DNA of 64,000 bases from Antedon mediterranea (Eukaryota; Animalia; Echinodermata), in NCBI RefSeq assembly GCF_964355755.1, contig NC_092674.1, positions 744,001 to 808,000 of the forward strand. The letters are read 5' to 3'. This document shows, in pieces, positions 48,901 to 60,900 of this stretch (position 1 is the stretch's first letter; every line of letters begins with the position of its first letter). The position numbers and the translations under genes are program-made. Below the pieces are notes generated by a model, which ran no database searches, was not told the DNA's origin, and worked only from the letters and a program-made list of their open reading frames with translations.

Positions 48901-51900
48901 TTCAATAACCAAAATAATGCCAATTTAATAATTTTATAAAATAATTATTTTTGTTTTCAGATTTGTATTAATGTTGCAAATGAACAGCTTCAAACATTTT
49001 TCAATCGTCACATATTTCAACTTGAACGGCAAGACTGTGAGATTGAAGGAATTAAGATGGACAACATTCAGTTTACCAACAATGAACCCATTGTTAACAT
49101 TTTTCTACAGGTAAGACATCTTGTTTCTATTGAAATGCAAAAATTAACTTTGCCAAAATAAAATAAACACCAATCAATCAATCATTATTAATAAGAAGAA
49201 GATTTTTAAAGATTTGTGTGCATGTAGTTGGGGGTAAAATGGCAAAATCAGCACTGTGGTCATGTTGCAAGAGTTGTCAAAACAATATAGATTATCTAAT
49301 AAAACCTAATGCCATTTTTCCCCAGACTGTGTACACAATACAACGTAAAATCAAACTCTTTCATTACCCTCATACTTTATATCAAACTCTTTCATTACCC
49401 TCATACTTTATATCAAACTCTTTCATTACCCTCATACTTTATATCAAACTCTTTCATTACCCTCATACTTTATATCAAACTCTTTCATTACCCTCATACT
49501 TTATATCAAACTCTTTCATTACCCTCATACTTTATATCAAACTCTTTCATTACCCTCATACTTTATATCAAACTCTTTCATTACCCTCATACTTTATATC
49601 AAACTCTTTCATTACCCTCATACTTTATATCAAACTCTTTCATTACCCTCATACTTTATATCAAACTCTTTCATTACCCTCATACTTTATATCAAACTCT
49701 TTCATTACCCTCATACTTTATATCAAACTCTTTCATTACCCTCATACTTTATATCAAACTCTTTCATTACCCTCATACTTTATATCAAACTCTTTCATTA
49801 CCCTCATACTTTATATCAAACTCTTTCATTACCCTCATACTTTATATCAAACTCTTTCATTACCCTCATACTTTATATCAAACTCTTTCATTACCCTCAT
49901 ACTTTATATCAAACTCTTTCATTACCCTCATACTTTATATCAAACTCTTTCATTACCCTCATACTTTATATCAAACTCTTTCATTACCCTCATACTTTAT
50001 ATCAAACTCTTTCATTACCCTCATACTTTATATCAAACTCTTTCATTACCCTCATACTTTATATCAAACTCTTTCATTACCCTCATACTTTATATCAAAC
50101 TCTTTCATTACCCTCATACTTTATATCAAACTCTTTCATTACCCTCATACTTTATATCAAACTCTTTCATTACCCTCATACTTTATATCAAACTCTTTCA
50201 TTACCCTCATACTTTATATCAAACTCTTTCATTACCCTCATACTTTATATCAAACTCTTTCATTACCCTCATACTTTATATCAAACTCTTTCATTACCCT
50301 CATACTTTATATCAAACTCTTTCATTACCCTCATACTTTATATCAAACTCTTTCATTACCCTCATACTTTATATCAAACTCTTTCATTACCCTCATACTT
50401 TATATCAAACTCTTTCATTACCCTCATACTTTATATCAAACTCTTTCATTACCCTCATACTTTATATCAAACTCTTTCATTACCCTCATACTTTATATCA
50501 AACTCTTTCATTACCCTCATACTTTATATCAAACTCTTTCATTACCCTCATACTTTATATCAAACTCTTTCATTACCCTCATACTTTATATCAAACTCTT
50601 TCATTACCCTCATACTTTATATCAAACTCTTTCATTACCCTCATACTTTATATCAAACTCTTTCATTACCCTCATACTTTATATCAAACTCTTTCATTAC
50701 CCTCATACTTTATATCAAACTCTTTCATTACCCTCATACTTTATATCAAACTCTTTCATTACCCTCATACTTTATATCAAACTCTTTCATTACCCTCATA
50801 CTTTATATCAAACTCTTTCATTACCCTCATACTTTATATCAAACTCTTTCATTACCCTCATACTTTATTTTAGCCATTTGTGCAAGTAGGTGAGCACTTT
50901 AATCATCATTTAATACACTTATTATAATATACTTTGATTATACTGCTTTCTATGCTTTACAATTAGAAACATGTTGGTATTTTTGCCATTCTGGATGAGG
51001 AAAGTCATTTCCCGAAAGCATCAGATAAATCTCTTGCGCAAAAGTTGCACAACGGTCCAGGAGCCACCGGCAAAGGCATCTACTTTACTCCTAAAGACAA
51101 AGGAACCACATTCCAAATACTTCACTATGCTGGCCAGGTAAATATAGTTAAAATTTCGCTTTTTTATTTTCTGATTTTCTAATAAATCATAATTTTGCAA
51201 TCCATCCATCTACTGTGAGAAAACTACCAATTTACCTCAAATTTCTTGGTAGCAGAATGAAACAAATTTCAAATAATCACAAAGGTGAATCAGTTTCTCT
51301 CTGAATAATGTTTGATTTTTTTCTTTTTTTTCCAGGTGAAATATGATTTAACAGGTGTTTTGGAGAAAAACAGGGACACTCTACCAAAATCAATCCTGTT
51401 CACAATGAAAAGTAAGTATATTAAAGATTTTTTATAAAAAAAAAATTGATCATACCTAAATGCAGTACCATGATTGACTATACGTTTATTTTCATTTCAG
51501 CAAGTAACAGTTTAGTTGTCCGTGAGCTCTTTCAAGGTCGTTTAACAAGGACAGGTTCGTTGGCTCCTAGCGCTAGGCAACGGCAATCACGAAAATCACA
51601 AAAAAATACCCATGATGCATTTGAATTCTTTAAGAAAAAGAAGGCACCTGATGTGGCAAGAAAGGTAGTGTTAATTGACTAGATTGACAAAAAAGTGTTA
51701 TGTGCCATAATATGGTAGTGATGTGCCCAAATATGGTAGTAATATACACAAGTATGGTAGTGATATGACTTCATCGTGTCCGTATATGGATACATCACAT
51801 TTTGTTGTCACATAAAGTTTGATAGCTGTGTTTTTTTTGTTGCATTTTAACATTTTGTTAAAAAATAAGATTTTGTCAACTAATTATGATAAAAGAATAC

Positions 51901-54900
51901 ACATACATTATCTTTATTTATATTTTATAAAAAATGATATTGAATTATTTTATGCATTATTTTGCCCTTCACAGCCATTAAAAAAGAAAGGTCCTCCTGT
52001 CAATGTTACTGAACGAAAAGGACCAGCAACTGTTGCCTTTCATTTCAAGGTAAGCCAACATCCTTCATCCAATATTAATTTATAATTACTTTAATTTACT
52101 TCTTATTTTGATTTTATTATCTTGTTTGCCACTGTTCTTCTATGTAATTTTACCAAGTGAAAAATAAATATATATGTAATGTTAATATCAATAAATTGAC
52201 AATTCTTTTTAAAAAACCAAAAATTAGCGAAAACTAACTTTGACAGTTTTGTTGTCCTGATCAGACAGCTTCTTCAGAAGAATGACAAAAAAAAATTGTC
52301 AATTTATATCTAAAAACTAGATTTTTAAAATATGTCAATATAATTCACTAATATTTTCATTTCAAATCTGCATATTGAAGTTTCTGGTTTCTACTATAGA
52401 ATTCACTGGCCGAGTTGATCTTAAAAATGTCCAAGTGTGTCCCTCATTTTGTCCGTTGTATAAAGCCCAACACGACCAAAAAGCCTGACAAGTTTGTCCC
52501 AGAGTATGTGATAGCCCAGATGCGATACACGGGCATCATGGAAACAATACGTATTAGGCAACAAGGCTTTGCTATGAGAATTACATTTGAAGAATTCTTG
52601 TCCAGGTAACGTTTAAAAAAAAAAAAAAGTTTAAACTATTGATTTAGTTTTAACTGTATAAAGTGCATAGTAATAATAATTGTATTTTATATAGTGCCTA
52701 ACCAAAATAAATTTTCTCTAAAGTGCTACGATACAAGGCTCAAAATAGGTAGAAATTATGTCATTTCACATGATATGCTACTAAAAAGCACTTCTTGAAA
52801 AGTTATATCTCAGTAAACTGTCTCAACAACAATCAAACTTTCTTCAAACTGTTGTAGTAGAACAAACAACTGATCATAGATTAAATATAGCTAAGGCACA
52901 TCTCATTATATATTGCAATACTTAGAGACATCAGATGAAATGTAATACTGTAGTATTGTCTGCTTCTAGGTATTATGCTCTAACCTTAGGCAGTGTGCCA
53001 ATGAACAGCACTCTTCCAGTTCTGCAAAAATGTAAAAAGGCTCTGGAGTCATGTCAGCTAAAGGATTTCAAGGTAGGATTTTGTTATTTTTATATCATGT
53101 AAATACAATTCTTTTAGCTTCTGCTGCTTTTGTATTTTTTATACCGCAATAAATAAATGTAAATAAGATTATTAAAATTGTTTTCTTATAATATTCTAAG
53201 GAAGAATTTCAATAATACAGTATTCCTGGACAGTTCCTCTATAACTTGAAGAGAAGAAAATATCTATGTACTACCCTCTATAAGATAATATGTTCCAAAG
53301 ATCTCTTTCTTTATTTATTCATATTAACTAAATAGTTGTACTAGGATATATAAAACATTAAACTTTAACTATTTACTCACTACAGGATTTATTTATACCA
53401 AGACTTAACCTTTGCTGGCTATTTGTTACTATGTGACCAATAAACATGATATTTATTAATCAATGCATACACACATTCTTCAATTTAACTACCTATACTT
53501 ACTGACAAAAGTACAATAAATCATACAGTATACAATGAAGTATATATGCTTATGGTTCAATGACATTTTAACAATGCACCAACTTAAACTACTATGAAAA
53601 CAAAGTTAATTAAAAATAACTTCTGAAAATTAAGTTAATCAAGTTGATTATTGATTGTGTCTCCTGGCGATTGATAATTAGTCATGTGGTACATTGTTCA
53701 TTTCTTTTAATTCAATTAGAAATAAGTCTTCTTTGTTACTGGTGTTAAGTTCTTGTTAGTTCACGTGTTAGTCCTGCTTTGTCCGTTGGAGTTGGAAGTA
53801 AAAGATGATAATGATATAAATAGCTTTTAAATTATCAGCAGAATTAAAAGTAGTACACAACCTAAAGTTAAATACACTGAATGCCTAGTATGTTGCAATG
53901 TATCTTTGCACCCAGGAGTATAAGTTGGTACCAATAGACAAAACACAAAAAACGAGCTGCACTATTTATAATAGTTTATAGAGTGCCACTGTAAAACCTA
54001 CTATTATTTATTTTATCATTTTTTTTCCTAAAATAATATTTTTGCAACTACAATAGAGAGAAGGGGACACCTTCAAGACCCAACAAAGAATCCCTTAATA
54101 GGGTGTCCTTGAATAGAGATTTTTGGTGTTAAAACAGATATATTTCCCTCATTTGTTTCATGATAAAGCTGCCATTAATAGAGGTGTCTCTTAATAGGAG
54201 TGGCCAAACGAGAACTTATATTGTATAATCATTCATGTTGTTACTTACAATTGTAAGTAAGTATATTGTATTGTCACATTTATACATTGATGTAGCTACA
54301 AATTAATCACCCAATATAATCAACAGAATCTCATTTTAGTATGTTGTAATAAAGTTCCTTACTTTATCTTATTGATTTTTCCAAACACCGTTGATCACAT
54401 TTCCCGTGGTAATTTTAATACCTACCCACTTCCTATCCCTTTGGGGATAATAGACGGTAAACTGTCATTCCGAATTGGTTACCTATTAAAGCTAATACAG
54501 TACAAGCAATGACTGCTGCTGTATTGTGTGATATTTGTAAGCTATAGAGGCTGTATGTATGCTACTTATAAATGAGCACGTTTGTGGGGATGGCCGCAGT
54601 CTAAACTAAGCTAGGTTGAATCATAATAATTTTACAAGCTCCTCTGAGCGCTACCAGCATAACTGAGATACTCAATCAATTTATCTCAATTCCAAGGGCT
54701 CTTTTAAATCATTAGTGAATATGTAGGAACAAGGTAAGTGGTGGTTTTATTCATTTTTTATCAATATCAAGCCATCTAAGTGATTAGTATGTAATAAATG
54801 TGAGCGTTCTAGGCCAATGTTGAATGCATAGTGTACCTCCATGCTCTAGCCTTTCGATCAGTAATTAGTCAGGTCTTAGCTAAATACTTGGCATAATAAT

Positions 54901-57900
54901 CAGTTATGAGACCATTTGAATTCTCTGACCTATATCTAGCGGCAACCTTTGCAGACCGGAATATTCATATATTGAATTATTTATTTTCCAGCAATTTTCT
55001 GATTTAATTTGTTTACCTTATCATATTAGTATTTTCCCAAGTCTGTCGGCCAAATACAGGGTGCAACATAATTAACAATAACAAATTAACAAATTGTTTC
55101 AACCAAAAAAATTGAATTAAGTAGGGAGTGAAAGTGATGACACAGGAGAAATATATGAGAACCGATTGTATTTTAAGCAATATGAATTAATTCTCTAAAA
55201 GCCAGTTTCATTCTCAGCCATACTTTTTTTCCATTTGAAAACACAGACAGTTCTCCATGCAAATGTTCAAACAATATTGAATCCATTTCTATTTATCTAA
55301 AATATCTCCTCTAATAGATGAGATGAGAAATATTGATTTAAAAATATTTTTTTCATCTGTGTTTTTAATGCATGTATGCTCTGATTCATGTTTTCTTAGT
55401 CTCAATGCCCAGGATGTTTATCTTTTAATTTAGTTACAGCATGATTCATAATTCCGTTAATTATCATGATTTCTTTTTACTTCCTTTTGTTCTAGTTGTA
55501 CCGAGGGATAGATACGGTTATTAGAACACTCTTACAGTACTTTACAGTATTATTAGATTATGTGATATTTTTTATAGTTATATTAATATAATGTTTGACT
55601 ATATGGACAGAGCAAAAAGAAAGTAATTTTGTTTTCTTGTTTGTTTGATAAAAATAGCAATTTCTTTCTGGCTGTTTCACTTTTATCGTTTTGATTTAGA
55701 TTTTTGTTTATATCTCCATTGAGATCCAGCCACTGATACCAACAGTATTGACATTTTTTTATAGCAATTTTGCCTTTTGATTAATTAAAGATCTCTCTTT
55801 AATAAAAAGAGATTAATAAATTTATAATTAACATAATATTATATATAGTAAGGCAATTCAAACAGTTTCTGTTTTCAATTGTAAAGGACATGATATTGTT
55901 TTGTTGTATTTGAAAAAAGAAAGAAATTATGCTCCGTGAGAGAAGCCTACAAAGTGGAGGCTTACTTACCACTTCATTTTCTTACATTTTTCTTGTTCAG
56001 GTTGGTAAGACTAAGCTCTTTTTCCGGTACTGGCATGTGGAGAAGTTAGCTGCCCTTTGCGCCAAAGAAGACAAGAAAATTAACATCTGTCAGAAAGGTA
56101 AAATTATTGGTTTTATTTATTAGTTATAATTCTTTTTATTAACATGACCTTGCAGTGGTGAAATTACATAGAACAGTAGTCACTATCTTATTAATGTTTT
56201 CTGTATTATGCTGGAATAACATTATTGTTTATTAATGTAGCAAAGAATGAATCATTATAACATTATCATGTACAACATTCAGTTATTGTCTGGCAAATGG
56301 CTTAGAAATGACGGCTCTGTAATCTTTTATTACATTAGGAATTAGTACAATTAGATTTGACCACATTTTTTCATCACTGGCAGGGAGTTGCATTTTAATG
56401 TAGAATACATTATAAATATATTACATATGATTTACAGTTTATATAAACTGTCATGTTTATAGTAATACTGTGTTTTGTATAATCCCAATGGAATTCTTTA
56501 CTGAACTATAGTTTGTGTTTTCTTTATGAAAAACAGAAACATCAATTTTGTCTTTGTGTGAGTGTTCGTTTTCCATTCCATTGTAAATACAGTGGTTCAT
56601 GTAATTGATATGTACTATGTTAAGTTAAGTCTGAAATACTTCTAGCATTTAATCATTTTAAACATTTGAATGTATAACATTAGTCTCTTTAGAAAAATTA
56701 TCAATGTATAAAAAAGAATTTAAAAGCATCACACAGATATCAAATGATGTAGTGAAAAAGGTTGTAAGATAAATCTTTTCAAAACACTTACAATGTAATG
56801 AAGAAACATCTTAGCTCTCAGCGAAGCATTTCAAAAACCATTACCTCATCTCAACTGCGCATTTAATTTACATCTTATTAGCATAATCATTTCAATGAAG
56901 GAATTGCTCATGACCTTGAGCATAAGGATTTAGAGTTCTGGATAAAAAAGGTACTATATACTCCTTAGCTGGATTTTGACATTAAATTTGCATTTTATTT
57001 TATCAATTTAATTTAAAAATCTGGGACAAGGAATCTCAGTAGACTGAGCAAACTTAAAAAAAAATTCAATATAGGCTATTTTTGTTGACGTTGTTTTTCA
57101 GACAAAACATTCATCATCTAATGGAATCTTTTGAATTTTATTAATCTGTCTACACCCTCACATGTAATTAGCATATCATTAACATAAATACAGTATTCAC
57201 CTTTAACATTAATATGCATCTAATTAGCATATAAGTATCATTTATTATTAGTATGGAATATTAAAATTCCCTATTCATCTAATTAGCATAATTAGCTACA
57301 GCATTCAACTTTCATTAAATATTCCAACGCTCTGTCTACACTATCAAACAAAAAAATATGATGTGCCCATATATGGACACGATGACATCATAACACTATC
57401 ATATTTGGGCACATCACAATTTTTTTTCAAATTAGTTTGATAGAGTAGACAGAGCTTACATTTTGCATCTAATTATCAATATCAGCATAGTTTTGATATT
57501 AAATATCCACATCATTGGGTATCTGTAATCCACTATTCAGTTTCCCTCATTCTCTGCAGTAAAACGAACGTTTGATCTCTTAAATCCCTTTTTAACATAC
57601 CCCCAGGATTGTTGAAATCGTGAGAATATATTTGCCGTCTTATCTTATAAGACATGGGATTATTCTCGTGTGTCTGCTATAGGATTATTTGTAAACTTGA
57701 ATTATTTGAACTTTCGACTTTCCGATTTTCATTTTTTGTATGTGTAAATGCAGGATGTGAAGTAGTCATGAAATGCTTTGTAATCCTATTTAACATTAAT
57801 TTATTTTGAAAAATAAAAAAAAAAAAAAAAATATATCTTAAGCTCTGTCTGCACTATCAAACTTTATGTGAAAAAATGTGATGTGCCCTTATATGAACAT

Positions 57901-60900
57901 AATGACATCATATCACTACCATATTTGGGCATATCACTACCATATTTGGGCATACCACTACCATATAGGCACATCACACTACCTAGTATAATTGCTAATT
58001 AACTAATGACTCAAACTGTCAAAATATTTGTAAATTGTTGTGACGGAATTAATTAGGATTGACCTTTGACCTGAGACAGGCACCTTGATGAACAGATGGC
58101 AAAGTTATCACTCAACCAATATTTACTACCTACTTCCTATCTACACTTCAGCATCTGTACATTTATCATTTGCTCAGCTACCAAGGCACACTCTTAAAAT
58201 GTAATGATAACTCTCCTCTGTGGATTATAGAAGAATATTCTAATTGCACTTTGTTTTATGTTACTGGCCTCTTTATGACTGAACCAGCTAGGCCAAGGAA
58301 ATAGGAAAGATTCAATTTGTGTGAACTTCCTCCTCCACTTATTATGTGAGTGAAAAGACTTAACCCTTCCGTATGCGTAGGCCTAGGATTTTATAATGCA
58401 GAAAGTGAACTGTTTACCAGCCAAGCTTAGAATTAGATAGAAGAAGTGGTCAAAGAAGCCATATATTTGATATGACAACAAATACAACTGTATGAGACTG
58501 GACAGGTAATGTACAGTACACAAGAATGAGAAGACAAATCAATTAAGGCATACCACTGCCTAAAATACAGCAGAAGTCAGTTTCCAGCAAGCTTACTGTA
58601 TTAAACTGTAGTATTACAGAAAGTGTTAAAACAACAAGTAAACAAGAAGCTGTTTATTCAGCAACATAGAATGAAGTCATACATTCTCAACAAACTTCCA
58701 GTAGAAGCCTATAGCTGAACACATGTACTAATTGAACTACAGCAGTAGGCAGCTAATGCATTGATCTGTATCGTAGGTCATTGACAGGCTAGGCTTATAG
58801 ATTTTACTGCATTTATTCTGTGTGTACTCTCTTTGTTAACATCTTGCTTGCTGCAGTGGAAATATGTTTTACACATCAAGGACAAGGTAATGTACATTTT
58901 AATGTGATTGATGCTATTTGAATGTTCGATTTGTTAGACCATCTTCTGTAGTATGATTTCTTCGTCTTGCGGTTAACATTTGAATGTTTTGATGTTTTAG
59001 AGAATCAATTATCAAGACATTCAAGGATTATTATGCAATAGTGTTATAGTAACACGCATGCATGCAGTGATCATTGATATTATTGTAACAAAAACCTAAT
59101 TTATTTATTAATAATTCATTTAATTGATGATGATATAATATACTGATAAACGCTTTGTTTTCACTCTTTGTAATAAAATGTAATGTACCTGAAAACATAA
59201 AATCAAATATTACTATAACTTTTAGCATTGTAACCTGTGAGTGCATCAAAGGAATATCTCTCCTTTTCAAATTAATAGTATTACTTTTAGCATTGTAACC
59301 TGTGCATCAAAGGAATATCTCTCCTTTTCAAATACAATCTATAATTCATAAATCGTTATAAATTTTCCAGGTATATAAATTGTATATAAATTTTTAATGA
59401 ATTCTTGCACAATTAACAAGGCTTCCAGTTTCATTCACCTTTTAGTGGTATTTAAATTGATTTAAGTATTTTATCACATTTCATTTTGCAAACAAATTTA
59501 GTTTTGGATAATCATTTCTCTCTCATCAACAGTAGAATATGTTTTATTGATAGTTTTATTCCGCTCCGGCACTAAATATGTATACCGTACGAGAGTGACA
59601 CTTTGTAATTTGTTTTTGTTAGTTTTTCAATTTTTTTGGTTTTTTTTATATCTCAGAGAAAACATAATTTCTATGTATATTTTTTATGCAAATTTTTTAT
59701 GCAAATGACAATAAAAAGTAATTTTCCACTGATGAATGAATGGGTCATTTAAATAAAAACAATCGTATCTTGATTTCTACTGATACTAAAACAACTAAAA
59801 CCAGATAAAACATTTCCTTTGTTCCGCTTTCTTAAACCAATTAAGAGGTCAGTTGTTGCCACGATAATTTTAAAGTGAAAAAAGTATCTTGTTTTTATGA
59901 AATCTTGAGACACAATGGTTTATCTGTAGTCAAATTATATCAGCACTAAATTGCAATATGTTACTAACATGACAATTGAACCATAAATAGTGTTATACAT
60001 ATTTAAAGGAAATTGTTGGGTTAGTATTTCTTCCTATAGGATATAGTTATCAGCATTTCAAGCTGGCCTTGATCAGTTAACTTACATATTTTGTTAGTCT
60101 TCTTCCCAATTTCAATCCATGTTAAGTTTCTAGTGTATCTGAACTTGGTTAGGAATCTGCTTAGGTCAGTAAGTAACACACTGTTTTGTCAAAGTAAGTA
60201 GTACCATATATATAACCGAAATAGGTCTATACAAACGGGGGTCTGGATATGAAATTTGGTGGAAATTAGGGGTTGCATTATCTACATTTATATTAGCTAT
60301 CTGTTCTCTCTGAATTCAGCCTAAATTAGTGGTTGGGATTTGTTACGCTATTGTACATTATTTTCAACGGCTTATTAATATTACATTTATTGATTATCAT
60401 TTCCAAGAATTTTGATTAATAAACTCGGAGGTCTCTCTTGAATTAACAGGTTATCTAATAACAGTAGCTATATTAAAACATGTGTTATATCATTGAATTA
60501 TAAACAGATATAAATCAAATTGCTACTATAGAGAAGCTATACATACAGTGAAACAGCCTGTCGGTGGTCAAACCAGACAGAATAATAATTTTGTTAGCTA
60601 TGCATATATCATTAACAAATATTGTTAATTTGTATGCTCTGCATCGAATCCTGCCTGTATTAATTTTCCTCAGACATGATTTACTAATTCAAATTCATGA
60701 CATTTACATAATGACATTTTCAAGGGACATATTATTAATGTTTGTATGATCAACATTTATTACCAGATGTATCTTCCCTTAAGAAATGTGCCAACTGGAA
60801 AATTACTAATTAGGAATATTAACAGTGATGTTTGTTATAGATTTGTACAGTTAGTATATAAAGTCTATATTTGTTTAGATTTGTTATTATTATTATTTTG

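Noticed and set aside
49350-50868. CRISPR-like array
   Set aside because: Units are head-to-tail with no spacers, the context is eukaryotic, and there are no cas genes.
49218-50889. 551-aa and 526-aa repetitive ORFs
   Set aside because: Artefacts of a stop-free 31-bp tandem repeat inside a MYO16 intron that is bounded by clear exons (49110 and 50967).
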